Source: Malacoraja senta
Lineage: Eukaryota
DNA: 64,000 bases
Assembly: GCA_038087875.1 (NCBI GenBank)
Contig: CM075990.1
Span: 9,674,001-9,738,000, forward strand
Reading direction: 5' to 3'
The notes beneath the pieces are model-generated. The model worked only from the letters and a program-made list of their open reading frames with translations, was not told the origin of the DNA and did not search any database. Of the stretch, positions 24,242 to 38,014 are shown one piece after another. Made by a program: the position numbers and the translations under genes. Numbering within the stretch: the first letter of the stretch is position 1; each line of letters starts with the position of its first letter.

Positions 24242-25120
24242 TAATAATAATAATAATAATAATAATCATTTTATTTACTGGCGCCTTTCTAAAACCCAAG
24301 GACACCTTACAATGCATAGAATCACAACAAAACAAAAACCACATAATCGGAATAAATTAAATAAGAAAACACCACAGTACACAAATCAAGGACAGAATTC
24401 AATTTCAAAAGCACCAAAAGAAAATAAGAAACACAAGTTTGAGGAGAGAGCAGCGGCGACCAATTCGCGCCAGCGTCCACTCTCCCCTCCGACCGCCATC
24501 TTGTACACGGACTGACAGGCACAGGCACAGGCACAGCACACAAAATCATCCCCCCACAATGACCACCACTGTGGGGGAAGGCACAATGTCCAGTCCCCAA
24601 CCCAGTTCTCCCAGAGTCAGGCCCATCGAGGCCGCCACAGTTGCCTCTACGGAGGCCCGATGTTCCTGGCCGTCGGGAGAGTCCTCGGAGCGGGTGGAAC
24701 GGCCGGTTTCCCAGCGGAGTCGATGGCACCTGAAGCCGACAGGGCCGCGCTGATTTGGAGCCACGAGGCTCCCGATGTTGGAGTCGGCGCCGCCACCCGC
24801 AGCTGGTCGCCCCGCAGCCCCGCAGCCCGGAGGTGTTGAAGTCGGCGGTCCAGCTCACCGGAGCTCCAGCGCGTCGATCCAGCGCGGCGACCCAGGCAAG
24901 GCATCGCCCGCTCCGCTCCCCGATAGCGCTCCAGCGCTGTGCCGCCACCGAAGCTGAAGGTGCTGGGCGGTCCCCGTCAGGAAACTGTGCTCCATGCCCG
25001 CTGGTAGGCCACGAGGACGGGTCGACGAGGCAGCCTGGAGAAAAAGCTGCCTCACCGACCAGGTAGGGACCTAGAAATAGTTTCCCCCTTACCCCCCCAC
25101 ATTAAAAGTCAAAATACCCC
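24242..25120 (-). mobile_element. CpG-rich non-coding composite retroelement with L2-type tail
   Basis: (att)n tail preceded by gtgtccttgggttttagaaaggcgc on the minus strand; body shares motifs with 30651-31395 and 40382-41230. Confidence 0.65.
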
Positions 25121-26789
25121 AAACAAACAAAGTTTGCTTTGTAAAATCATCAATGTTGAGTACTTTTTAAATATATTTTCCCTTTGGGTTATGAATACTG
25201 TCAGAATAGTCTTGTGCAATAAACTTATTTTTGCATGAATCAAATTCTTGAAAAGAATTAAAACGGCAATTCATAACGGGTCTCATCATCTTTCCCTAGA
25301 TTCTTAACAATTTTATGCTGCGTATTTTGCTGTGATTGATTTGTTGTCTTTGAATAACTTCTACCTGAATATCCTTTAATGGCTGCTGTGTAATTTCTTT
25401 GAGAGGTGTGGATTGATGGGTGTCAGGGACAAGTGCCTCCACTAATCATATGCTTAGGCTTTGTATGTTTGTTTCTGTGGCAACTGTGTGTGTTGTGCAG
25501 AAACTTAGTCATTTGGTATAAAGTTATGGCCAGTATATTCCATTGGGCAATACAATGATCCAGCCTGTCCAATGTTAGATTTTTATATACTAGAACATGC
25601 ACTGTAAATATTTGGCTTATTAAATATAAAGCACACATAAACTGAAGCTAAGAAGAACATTTGTATTGACTCAGGAAAAATTATTTCCCACTCTGATTTG
25701 CATTATTCTGCTTGGTAAAAATGTATTTAAACTATTGCCTTTTGTCATATTTGATTAATATAACAATGTACCAAGCAAAATTAAACATTATTGTCCTGTG
25801 TCTCCCTGTTCTAACACCCCTCACAGCCATCACCTTGTAGCCTCCCACCTATTGCAAACATTCCCCTTTGTATTTGTCTTATGTTCCTGCCTTTCTCATC
25901 AAATGATAACAAAAAATCCTCCATTTCCAATGAAAGGTCATTGATCTGAAGTATTAAGGCAGAGTTCTCTCACCCTGATCTGCTGTCTTATTATATTTCA
26001 AGCTCTATTTGTTTTTATTTTAAATATCATGGGGCTGAATAACTGTGGACTTAATTACCTTGTTTCTATTCTCCATTTCTATACGGATGCAATGCTGGTG
26101 CCTTATCTCATTTATTCACCAATTTCACCTTAAAAAAAGCACAATCAAATAAAATATCTAATATATAATGGTTGATAAAATTGAAAAGATGATTCAGTGA
26201 CGTGAAAATGGGCTTTTTTTGCAAGCCATTTTAATTTTTGGAAAATATTAATATTTACCAGATTTAACTCATTTAAAATCTGACATTATTATATCATGTC
26301 TTGTTCCATTTGGTTTTTGACTGCTAATGAGATGGGTAAAAATCTAAGGCTGGTGACAGATAATCACTCATCAAGGATTTGTCCAGAGAGCTTATTTTTA
26401 TTGTTCGACATATTAAGCTTATTCACCAAAATCATCAGTTAATTGTACTTTACAGTAATGTTATTGCAGCACCTGCTAAGGCTTTAAATGACAGTCAATC
26501 CACAGGGAGAAAACAAAGGTTACGTTCAAAATCCTTCACAATTTTGGTTAGTGAAGATACAATTGAACTATAAGATTATAATTTCAGCTCATGATTGCTG
26601 GTAAGATTGGATAGATGGGGCTCCTTGTTAAGATTCTGGGCAAAGAAATGCAAATCGGCTAAGATTTCTGGGTGTTGCAGCTGGTTTGGTGAATGCTGAG
26701 TAAAGCTGTTTTGTAAAAATTAAGTGTTGACAATATATTTCATTATAATGGCCTTTGGACAATTAAATATCTTGAGGTTCACAATTGTC

Positions 26790-27390
26790 AACTTGGGTCT
26801 AGTCGAGTTTATTGTCATGCACAAACAAGTATGATGAGAGACGGGTACAATATAAAATCTTGCAGCATTACAGGCATGTAGACTCAGACAAGCACACAAA
26901 AACAAATTATACATAAATTATACATTACGCATACAATTTCTAAAAAATAAAGAAGACTATGCAAATAAAAAACAAGACATCAATGCAAAACTGTAATTAG
27001 AAAAAAATGTCTGCAGTAGTCAAGAGGTGGATCATAGTGCTTGATTGTAGAGATAGGATTAGGTCTGTTTAGATTGGTTAAGAACCTGATAGTTGTAGAA
27101 AGTTAGCTGCTTGTGAACCATGGTGGTGTCCTTCCTGCCCAGTGATAACAGTGAGTATAAGGTTTGATCTGAACGGTGGGAATCCTTGATGAAGGATGCC
27201 ACTTTCTTCAGACAGTGTCTCATATCAATGCTTTCAATGAAAGGGAGGGCTATGTCCATGATGAATTGGGCTGAGTCCACCACTCTCTGCAGCCATCAGT
27301 GTCCCTTTGCATTGGAATTGTCATATCAGGCCATGTTGCAATCAGCTAGGAACTTTCCGCAATACCTCTGCAGAAATTTGCAAGAGTACA
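26790..27390 (-). mobile_element. Degraded Rex1/Babar 3' fragment
   Basis: AQFIM...CLKKVASFIKDSH motif and tttattgtca tail. Confidence 0.7.
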
Positions 27391-30300
27391 GGTACTTATG
27401 TAAACTTGCACTTGCGTAAACAATTTGCAACAAGTGTTTCAGTTACCTGAATGACGAGTGTTATCGCAACGGGAGGATGGTGAGGGCTTCCCGCAATCTT
27501 CAAAGATATAAATACATCGCTCGGGCTTGCTGCTCTTCCAGTTTCGGCCTCTACCAGTGCCACACAGGGACGCGGAACTAGAACGAGGGCCGTTTTCCCG
27601 GCCGAGTCACCGATATTTTCCACAAGGTGCATCCGCAAGCCTTTTTTCACCAGTTGCTGCACCATCCAGTTGACACAGCTGTTGTTGCGGCTCACATTGT
27701 AACCCCTGGTTACTACAGTCCTCAATGCCCCACTTGAAATAATAATATGGAAGAAATCTATCTTACCAGTTAAACATAAATTGTGAAATGATTTTGTGTA
27801 ATACATTGTACAAAAAGATCAACTGGGGTACCTGAATTACCTTTGAATCGAGGGTAAGGAGAATCACACCGTCAATGTTTGTACTGCTAATTCTCATCCA
27901 GTTATCTCACCCGGAAGAAAATAATGACCTTGGCTTTCCATAAGTACTCTGTTGTGTCTGCATTTAGTAAATTAAGTTCTTAGTGCACTGCAATTAGATT
28001 TCAAGCTGGGACATGGAGATGGAGCAATTGCTGGTGTTCCTGCATTTACTTGTAGATGACAGCAAATTGATCTCACAACAACATATGGAAATTTGCCCAG
28101 CCAGTTTGGGCAAAGCAGAATTCAAAAGCACAAGGTTACTGGAAATTTACTTCCTTGAGACACATTTATGAAGCACAATGCAAGTATACAATGTCACAAC
28201 AAACAAAGCGCAGCTTACATTGGTACAGTATCTTTACTGTGCATAGAAAACTACAGTAATCTATGACTTGGTTTAAAAACAGCACTTGGATGTCTTGTTA
28301 AAAAATAAAATGTTGTTATTTTATGGGTAAGAACTGTTAACATTACTTAGATAACAAAGCACCAACAATAGATATTAAAATCAGTAATTTTCTTTCGTAT
28401 TTGTTGGAAAAATATGGAGCAGAACAATGGAGTAATACATTATTGTTCATGTATTGCTCTGGGATGTTTCCTCTAGACATTCGCATGGGATCAGGGATAA
28501 CTTGCTTCCATTCTGGCATTGAGAGTTCTGAGGTATGAATGAGACCAATGTAGGAATTGTTGACTCTTCTAAAGATTGGGCAAAAGATGGCTGATAGGAC
28601 GGGCAAGTACCTGGGTTTGTGTGATGGTGTGCAGTCTCTACGATCTGCACAGGACTTCTGTGTGTTCCTGATGCATGCTCTTGAGATTCTATAAACCATC
28701 TCGAGTGTCCCTTTTCCATTTAAAGCAGTCATGATTCAGAAGTTTCCAGGAACCAATGGAGATGTTGCATGCCTTCAAAGAATACTTGATAACTCTCTTA
28801 AATCTTTTTCTCTATCCTCCTAGTAATTTGCTCATGATAGAACTATCTGTTTCAAAAGTCTGGTGTGTAGTATGCAAATTACATGGCCATCTCAACCTTG
28901 CTGACTGAAAGAAACAAGGGCCAAAATGATTAGAATGTTGGTTTGAAAGAGGACACTGAGGTTGGTTTATTTGCCCTTCCAGCAAATTTGGAGGATTATG
29001 TGAAGATAACAATGGTGGTATTTTTTTAGTGCCTTCTGCATGTTGTTCGGGTCTCACCAGCAGATAAGAGAGCAGTGAATATAGTTGCCCCCTCGGCCAC
29101 GAGTTTTATGCCAAGTCGCAACAACAGCTGGTGATCAAATGCCCTTTTCCTCAATTGACGAGAGACTCTGCTGAATCATTGAATGCTCTGGTGAATTGCA
29201 TCATTGATCTTTGGGTATAGTGTATACCTAAATGGCTGGAACAGATTGTGTTTTGCAAAGAAGCTGTATACTAGAATGTGTAAAGAATGTTATTTTTTAC
29301 ATGTTTGTATCTAAGTAAGGATTTTTTGCAGATGTTACAACCTCCATTCAGAAAAGAAGACAGAGAGGGGGAAAAGTATTAATATAACCATAGATAAATG
29401 GGAGTGTTTGAAAAAAAACCATTTTCATATATGCTATCTCTTAGGACATTCTGTATGATAGATTATATGAAAGATAATTATTGTTTCAATGTAAATGACT
29501 GCACAAAACTATCCTACAATTATCAGTTGATTCTGATGATGTTTGAGGGAGAGATGTGGTTGAGATAGTAATCCCACACAAGTTATCTATTACTGATTAT
29601 GTCTGACTGTTTTAAAAAGTTGTTCTTTCATCTTGAAGCAGACATATGGCTTGGATGCTGCTAAGAATTTTGTGCATTATTAAGCTTGAATATGTATGTT
29701 TGCAATAGCACTTCAAACCGAAATTGGTAGTATAATTCAAGTTTAAGATATGAAATCTCAATATAACTTACTAATGAGAACTAGGTGATTTCATCTTAGC
29801 ATTTGGTGCATCCTTAACAGAAATTTTGGATTTCTTTTAGTGTTTGTTTCCAGCTTTGGGCTTTTCCTGTTTGTGAAAAATAATGAGAATTGTTTTACAA
29901 GTATTAACATTTTAATCAACCTTCAGGCAACAACATGGAGGGAAAACAGCAGAGCTACACTTTGTTTAAGTGGTACATTATGAGTAAAATCTTGTTTACT
30001 AACTGCACCCTTTTTGGTACCATGTCTATATGTACCCACAGTATTAAAATTCATCTAAGCATTCCATTGCATGACCTGTGAGACTCTGTTATGTTACTGT
30101 ATTTGATGACTACATGTTCTAGAGTCCTACTGCAGAAGATACTGGTGGTTTGGGGGGGGAAATGACATACCACTTGGCCTACTGTAAACTGGAGAGCACA
30201 ATTTTTGACTTCATTAATTATTAATAATTTATAACCTTTTTCAGAGTGTCATTGCAGCGGTCTATAGTTCATACTTCAGCAATTTGCTGCTCAGATCTCA

Positions 30301-30650
30301 AAAAACGTTGGTTTGCTGCTGTGTGCAATTTCACTGCAACTGTGCAGGATATTGGATTTTGAAATAGTTAAGCTGGAGAAAAAATTGCATTTTCTTTTTA
30401 TGTTTCCAGCTCTTGACTGACATTTTCAATATTTTTTTTAAAACATTTTTTAGGCTGAGGAATAAGTAATTGTGTGACGGAAGCACAACTCTATTTGAAT
30501 TATTTAAATGATCACCGGCTGTGTAAGCTTGTGATCATTTAAATTGTTAAATATACTGGCAGTCTAGTGATTCGAAGTGATTATGTTAATGAATCACAGA
30601 CCTTTATGTTCATCTTCATTACAAAGAAAGTGCTATATCTGTTTTATAGA

Positions 30651-31395
30651 AAGTCTAAGTCAAAGTCAATTTTATTCGTCACATGCACCCGAAGGTGCAG
30701 TGAAATGAATTTGCCAGCAGTGATACACTTAAAAAGTACACACAATACACAATAGAATTTAACACAAACATCCACCACTGCATTCTTCACTGTGGTGGAA
30801 GGCAACAAAGTTCAGTCAGTCCTCCTCCTTTGTTCATCTGTGGTCGGGGCCGTGAACCCTCCGTGGTCGCCGCACACTTGGAGTGCCCGAATCGGCACTT
30901 TCCTACCAAAGACCGTGGCTTCAGGATGTTATATGCCGCAGGCCGGCGGTCGGAGCTCTTCTCTGGTGATCCCCGGCAAGGGATCCCAGACTCCGGAAGG
31001 TTAGTCCACGCCGCGCCCGGGGCTACAAGCTCCGCAGACCACAGCCCCATGATGTCAAAGTCACCAGGCCAGCGATCGGAGCACTGCTTTCTGGCGACCC
31101 CTGGCCAGGGTTCGCCCGCTCCGCGATGGAAAAGTCCACGCTGCGCCAGCTGCTGATCTCCGAGCCCGACTCCGGGAAAGGCCTCTCCAATCCAAGCTGT
31201 TAGGCCGCGAGGGAGGCGACATGGAAAAAGTCGCCTCTCCGTTGAGGAGGCGACCGAAAGCGGTCCCCCCCCCCCCACTACTCCCCACACAAGACGCACC
31301 AAGAGACACCTAAACTAACATTTAGATGCACCAAAAAAAAAGTCAAATTAACGAACACACTGCTGGCAGGGCAGCCGACACGCAGCGCCCCCACC
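30651..31395 (-). mobile_element. CpG-rich non-coding retroelement with Rex1-type tail
   Basis: (aagtc)n microsatellite and ttttattcgtcacatgcacc...cagtgaaat tail; GC-rich body. Confidence 0.7.
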
Positions 31396-31429
31396 AACCT
31401 AACAATGTTAGATTCCAAGAGCAATACTG

Positions 31430-31850
31430 CTTTGGACATAACAGTATGTGTTGGCCTTGGAGGTCATACAGCACTGATTTATGAGAATAATCCTGGGCCT
31501 TAACGGTTCACTTATGAATGAAGGTGACTAATACGGCTTGTATTCTCATGAATTTAGAATGTTGAGAGGTGATCTAATACAGCTTTTTCATATAATGAAA
31601 GGATTTATTAGAATGGACATTGGTAAGTGTTTCCTCTTGTGGGGAGAAGCCAGAACAAGGAAACAAAGCCTTAACATTGAATCTGTTATTCTGAGGATGA
31701 GATTAGGAAGTTTGATTTCAGCAAGAGGTAGTACAAATTTGGAAATTCCCCACCTCCCCCTTGTATTAATTGGAACTTTCAAGAATGAAACTGCAAACTT
31801 TGTTAGGCAACTTCATCTTAGAATTTGGAGTCAAGCCAGGTAAATGAAGA
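31430..31850 (+). mobile_element. Degraded CR1 3' fragment
   Basis: YSHEFRMLRGDLIQLF motif. Confidence 0.7.
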
Positions 31851-31864
31851 TAGCTAGGAGGGAA

Positions 31865-31968
31865 AGAACAGAAAGTGTTGGAGTAACTCAGCGGGTCAAT
31901 CAGCGCCTCTGGAGAATATGGATAGGTGAATAGGTGACGCTTTGGGTCGGGAAGCTTCTTCAGACTGG
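31865..31968 (-). mobile_element. Short PLE-derived element
   Basis: ggagtaactcagcgggtc...cttcttcagact family motifs. Confidence 0.7.
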
Positions 31969-32371
31969 GAGGGAAATTTGGAAATGATAAAACTCAATTT
32001 GTACAATTTATTTAGATGTACCATACCTCTTGAGGCTGGAGCTAGAGGTTCATAGAGTGGGGGAATTGTTCCCTTATTTTCTTCCTGGTAATTGTTTTCA
32101 ATTCTGTCCAGAATAATTTCAGAGCAAGAGTTAGATTGACAAGTCAGTTGTGAGAAACTGGAGTGAAGAGAACAAACAATGTGATGTTGTCTATGGATTG
32201 CATATGTAACTCAAGCATATCTATCCTTGATCTGGAAAACAAAGGGCTACACTTTTTTAGTATAGCTGCAAAGATGGATAAAACATAAACAAATGGATTG
32301 TGTTCGAATCATTGAAATTAGGGAGCAGATTGAGTGATCTTGTAACTCAATAAGACTGAATAAAGTGTTGT

Positions 32372-32660
32372 TTTTAGTTTAGAGATACAATGCGGAAGCA
32401 GGCCCTTCAGCCCATTGAGTCCGTTCTACCAGCGACTACCCCATACACAAACACGATCCTACACTAAGGACAATTTACAATTTTTACTGAAGCCAATTAA
32501 CTAACAAACCTGTATGTCTTTGGAATGTGGGAGGAAACTGGAGCAATCGGAGAAAACCTATGCAGTCAGGGAAGAAGTACAAACAGCACACATAGTTAGG
32601 ATCGAACCTGGGTCTCTGACGCTGTCAGACAGCAACTCTACTGCTGCACTACCATGCCGC
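32372..32660 (-). mobile_element. Near full-length HE1-type tRNA-derived SINE
   Basis: B box GGTTCGATCC on the minus strand, A-box-like head, V-SINE-like core, CR1-like tail with (tttag)n. Confidence 0.85.
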
Positions 32661-33035
32661 TGTTCTAATCTGATTTGTGATAATCCAAAAAAAAGAATCC
32701 TGTTTAATTAGTTTTAACTCTGCTTTAGTTACTGTGTCCCGAGTGAAATATTGTGTGTTTATTTAACTTGAAAGGGGTAATTAAGATTTGTATTATCAGC
32801 CTAACTTTAAAAAGGTAAGATGGTTCCTGATTTTCAAATATGGTAGTTACAATATTACTTCAATTCCTTCAAATCATTAGATAACTTCCATACGATAATG
32901 ATTGATTGTATCAAGAGCAGCTTTGATAGTGTTAGCTGTCAAATAGTTTGTTGTAGATTGGGAAATGTGTGTGGGAGAAGTCATTGAGCTAACAATGTAA
33001 GGAAACTGAACAGTCGTTACAATGATGCAGTTGGT

Positions 33036-33223
33036 CTTCTTCTTTTCGTGTCCATCTTGTTACAAATGTTGGCCTCGCTGTCATCGTCCATCCTGAAAAG
33101 GACGCAAGCTTCCGGCGACAATCAGTGGAAGCCATCACTTGTCGCAATAGATGGTGGTAGCAGAATTAGCTCAGGATACTTCCAGTTTCCAGCCCCATGA
33201 CGTGGACGCTTCTGCTATGGCGC
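33036..33223 (-). mobile_element. Short retroposed element with Vingi-like tail
   Basis: 12-bp TSD gatgcagttggt at 33024-33035 and 33224-33235; 3' end acacgaaaagaagaag resembles acacgacagaagaag at 21423-21437. Confidence 0.7.
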
Positions 33224-33432
33224 GATGCAGTTGGTGCATTATGGACATTAATGACTATTGAGTTTTCTTGATCTGTCAAGTTCTGATTTTTATTGTCAAT
33301 TTACAGGGTCATTATTGATCACAAAAATGTTTGCATTGACATTTTCTTTTGTATTTGTGCTGCCTTGATTTTTAAGTGTACCCTTTTTTCTGCAAAATTC
33401 ATTTGGTGCTGCAAAGGTATCTAGCATTGCAA

Positions 33433-33570
33433 CTATGGAATGGAATTCTTTATTGTCACATGTGGGCAAGGCACAGTGAAATTCTTTGCTTGCATACCCA
33501 ATGTATACAAATAGCGGCCACATACGGCGCTGACAAAGTTACAAAGCACGCTGGCTCCTCCTTTTGTTCT
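33433..33570 (-). mobile_element. Rex1-type 3' tail fragment
   Basis: (atgga)n plus tttattgtcacatgtg...cagtgaaattc. Confidence 0.6.
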
Positions 33571-33986
33571 CAACTAACAAGCACTCATAGGTTTATTATT
33601 CATAGTGTAACTGGTATGGTTAAATATTAAGTAATGACCTCATCATGGTGTGATTTGTTATCTGTTGTCTAGTGTATGAGTCATTCATTTTTAAAGGTTT
33701 AATTGTTTATCGTGGAGGCTGACGTCCTTGAAGGAAGTGCGACCAATACATTGTTTTTCATTTCATTGGATAAATGAAGTACTATTGTTCCTGTAAAAAA
33801 AATTCTGTGGTTTCTCGGTTTTCCTTGTATTTTTAATTGACGTGGCATACTTCACCATTAGGGAATGTATAAGGTATGACAAACCAGTTGTCTCATATTT
33901 GTGCAATCTGCTGAAGTTAAAGTAAATCTCATTTAACCAGTAAGCTCTGGAACAATCTAATTGTTTTTTTTCTCCTTTGTTTTCAG

Positions 33987-34821
33987 ATTTTTGTCCTATA
34001 AACTGCAGCTGATCTGAACAATTTAGCAGAAGAACGGACCACTGGGTAAGAGAGAGACTGGTCAGAGAGTACAGACATAGCCCACGTAAGCTTCAAATAC
34101 TTGATTAATGATCCAGAAAAGGATTAAGTAACTTTTGAGCTTCTGGCTGCTGCTTTAAAGCAGTGAATTCATAGCCATCGTATCAAGGAAGCTTAATCAA
34201 AGGCAGAACGCTGAACAAATAAGGAATACATGATGCAACAGTTAATGAAGTGCTCTGGCTGAACCTGACGTGTTTGCATCTTTCAGAGATCGCCGTGCTG
34301 TTTCACAGTATTTGAATAACTCTGTGCTGAACTCGGAAGTTCGGTATACTTCTATTGGGCTTTCAGTTATTGCTAAGTGATGGGAATCTTCATTTCTAGA
34401 TTGTGAGTTAAAAATTACAGCTTGTGGTACTGTGAAAGCTGGGTCACTTTTCTGTGAGTCTAAAACACTGGAGCTGGATTAATGACTCAAATTAATTGCT
34501 TGTGGAATTATACAAACAATTTGGACAGCTTCAATGTGGGACTAATTTATCATGAGGCACTGTTTTAAAACTTATGTTGGAGCAAAAGGAAGAAATGTTT
34601 GATATTGGTTTTTGTCTACAGTACTGTAATGGAATTTCGAGGAATGGGTGCTCAAGGTCTACCCCCTACTATGATGTTTAATGCACGTTCGTGGGACAAC
34701 TTGAGTGATGTTAAATTTATACTTTGTAATCTGATGTGAGATGATCTGCCCCTTCGGTTAACAAAAACAGCAATTTTGCTGTAAAACACTAAGTATTAAA
34801 GTGTGAAAGTATTCAGCTAAG
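33987..34821 (+). other. USP54: Probable 5'UTR part of the first USP54 coding exon
   Basis: Strong polypyrimidine acceptor (ttttttttctcctttgttttcag|) ends at 33986; unique sequence runs to the ATG at 34822. Confidence 0.5.
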
Positions 34822-34965
34822 ATGTCCTGGAGGAAGAATTATTTCACACCGAACAATAATCTGCAGGGGATGTTTATGCCCCGGAGCACAACTTCTATCG
34901 CGGCAAGTAAGGGACTAATGAATGAACCTGGGCAGAACAGCTGCTTTCTCAACAGTGCATTACAA
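34822..34965 (+). CDS. USP54: Ubiquitin-specific peptidase 54, first coding exon (48 codons, Cys box [18 protein letters not shown])
   Basis: MSWRKNYF...[34 protein letters not shown] matches the recalled vertebrate USP54 N-terminus (USP53 starts differently); phase-0 donor caa|gtaagt. Confidence 0.95.
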
Positions 34966-36029
34966 GTAAGTAGCTCTTCATGTCAATGTCAATATCTGAT
35001 ATTGCTCGATAGATACAATTTGAGAATTAGCTTTTTGGTTTAAATCTTAACAAATTGATGTGCCAACAATTTTTTTTAATCACCTTTGTAACGTTAGAAG
35101 CTAAAGGATAGCTCATCAAGCACTTCACTATTTTGCCATTATTCTAATATATTGTTTTACTTCATTAATTAGAATATTTGTTCAGAGTCTTTGAGAAAGT
35201 TCTAATAGGAAAAAAATGCCAATTACTACTCAGGCGTTACAATTCAAACTGCAGTTGTAAACTGCAGTCTTTACCTGTTAAATATTCTGGTTTAAGTTTT
35301 TGATTTGGATCATACTTTTAATTGAAATTAGCTTATCTAATGTTTACAAATGATACAGTATTCCTAGCAGCCTCAGTTTTGCTAGATTGAATGAGGGCAA
35401 TTATTACTATGTTGTGACGACTTTTGATTTTTATGCGATCTCTAAACTTTTCTTCAAGTGGGTATGTCATGAACATGTTACTTCCTCGCAATCTGATTGA
35501 AACAAGGTACGCTCCAATTACAGGTGTTCTGGAGAGTGTATGTGCATGGGTGAAACACTTGGGCACATGTATTGCAAGTAGTGCACTCGTGTAACACCAG
35601 ACTTGTGAATCTTCCATACCAATTTAATAAAATTGGTGATGGTCAGATTGTTATTCTTCAAGAGTACAGATCAGTTAATGTAACATGCAAGATGAAAGAA
35701 TTTGTATTTTACATGATGAGGTTCTAAATCTCCCTGGCCTACTTTCCATTTTAATGTTTCTGATTCAACTATTCAGCCACTGGAGTACACACAGTAGCAT
35801 ACTGGTCATGTTTTAGGACTAGTAATCATAGGCATGAACCAGTCATTCAGAGGTCTGGAGTAATGATTTTGGGACATGTCTTCCAAACCCCTTCATGATT
35901 GCTGGGTGATTTTAACTCAAAAAATGTTTTTGTGAAGAATGACTTTTGTTGATTGAAAACCCACCTAATTCACTATTGAATCAGGTTACTCTTGCATCTT
36001 TCTTCTTTTACTCTCAAACCAATAACATC

Positions 36030-37150
36030 TAGTTTTTGATTCCCCAACCATGGGACAAAAACTGTGTGTATTCACCCTGTATATGTCCATCTATACAAAC
36101 ACCCCACAGTCTCCTACGCTCCAAGAAATAAAGGTCTAGCCTGCCCAACCTTTCCCTAAGATTCAGTCCCTCGGGTTCTGGCAACATCCTCGTTTATCTT
36201 TTCTACACTCTGTTCATCTCAATGGCATCTGTCCTATGGTGGCAGGGTGGCCAAAACTAAACATAATTCTCCAAGTGCGGCCTTATCAAAATCTTGTATA
36301 ACTATAGCATAATGTTCCAACTTATATACTCAATGTTCTTACTAATGAAGGCCAGTTGTCAAAAGCCTTCTTCACCGCTCGGTCGACTGTGTCACTACTA
36401 GCTGGAAACTATGCACATGCTCCTCGGTCTCATCGTTCTACAACACTCCCCAAGGCCCTACTATTCACTGTGAAAGTTCTACCCTGGTTTGACTTACCAT
36501 AATACAACAGCTTGATGAATTAAATGCAGTTTCCCAATCCTTGGGCCTCTTCCCCAGCTGATTGTGCGTTCACCCTCTCTAATCCCCTCATGATTTTATA
36601 AACCTGGATAAAATCACTCCTTAGCTCCCTGAACTCCAAGGAATAAAGTCCTCACCTGCCCAACCTCACCCTATAGCTCAGGTTCTCGGATCCTGACAAC
36701 ACCTTTGTAAATCTTCTGTGCACTCTTTCCAGCTTAATGACATCTTTCCTGCAATAGGGTGACCAAAACTGAACACAGTACTCCAAGTATGGCTTCACCT
36801 CCATCTTTTAAAACTGTAACATAACATACCAACTCCTATACTTGATACCATGACTGATGAAGGCCAGTGTACCAAAATCCTTATTAACCACCCTATCTAC
36901 TTGCAATGCCACCTTCAGGGAACCATGTACTAGATTCCTCAACACTCCCCCAGGACCCTACCATTTACTGTGAAGGTCCCTGTTTGGACTTCCCAAAATG
37001 CAACCCTTCACACTTACCTGCATTGAACTCCATTAGCCATTCTTCAGCCCACTTGCCCGCCTGATCAAGATCCCATTCTAATTCGTGATACCACCAATTT
37101 TAGTGTCACATGCAAACTTACAAATCATGTCTTGTACATTCTCATCTAAG
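36030..37150 (-). mobile_element. Two adjacent degraded CR1 fragments
   Basis: The same ORF2 segment (accaaaact...ctccaagt; gaaggccagt) appears at ~36250-36355 and again at ~36760-36870. Confidence 0.75.
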
Positions 37151-37530
37151 TGATAGATGCATTTTGTGAAAGAAGAAGTCCAGGCAACAGAAGATGTGCT
37201 TTTGTGCTGTTTTCCTGAAGTATCCAAGTATCCTCCCCTTTCTTAACTGGAATACTGTATAAGATCATTCATATTTACGAAGACCAGATGCAACCCTTGT
37301 GCAAATATTAGCATAGATTTAACTGGCAGTGCAAACAGTCATCTTACATTTTGGCAAATCAATTGAGAATTCAGAGAAAGTAGTTCTGATGAAAGCAAGC
37401 AGACACCTCAAGCTATGCATTTGTTTTTAATTGAAACATGTTTTTGTTTTACAATATTTTACATTAATGAGAATAATATTTAAAATGTCATTGAATAACT
37501 TAAGTTATCTCCATAAATCCTCCTTCATAG

Positions 37531-37623
37531 GTTCTTTGGCATCTTGATATTTTTCGAAGGAGTTTCAGGCAGTTAACCACTCACAAATGTATGGGAGATT
37601 CCTGCATCTTCTGTGCTCTCAAG
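37531..37623 (+). CDS. USP54: USP54 second coding exon ([31 protein letters not shown])
   Basis: tccttcatag| acceptor, |gtagga donor, 93 nt, phase 0/0; continues the USP54 catalytic domain. Confidence 0.95.
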
Positions 37624-38014
37624 GTAGGAGCTTTGCACAGTGCTGATCTATTGTAATTATTTTTTCAGTGGTCTCAGGTTGAAGTTTTTTATTGGTGTTT
37701 ATTTTGTTTAGTAATCATGATTTATTAAATTATGCTGCATAGTTAGGAAATTCTTCCTTATCATCTCGACCTGGTCTTTGGAGTAGTTAGCAGAGGATGC
37801 CTCAGTGAATATCGGGCATTACCAGTTATCAAAACTGTCGCTTTGTCCTCTTTGGTCTAGAGACTAAATCGGTCTCCGCTAAGTGATTGAAAGCCAGCCA
37901 ATATTTAGCCAGCCAATAGAAAAAGATTGGATATTACTGTGCATGGCTAATAGTTTTTCTTTCAAAAAATATTTCAGAATGATGCCCACCGATCTAACTT
38001 GTCCTTGATTATAA

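Noticed and set aside
24322..24948. 208-aa ORF and similar ORFs at 30.8 and 40.4 kb
   Set aside because: Stop-poor GC-rich repeat bodies; the peptides are not conserved between related copies.
28343..29240. ORFs as a possible transposase or hidden gene
   Set aside because: No recognisable motifs, termini or coherent splice structure.
32590..32660. tRNA gene
   Set aside because: tRNA-like head of a SINE, fused to the SINE body and tail.
34966..35043. Extension of the 73-aa ORF beyond the first coding exon
   Set aside because: Intron read-through after the gtaagt donor; homology resumes at 37531.
35810..35990. Possible ancient Deu-type SINE
   Set aside because: Too degraded to support without an alignment.
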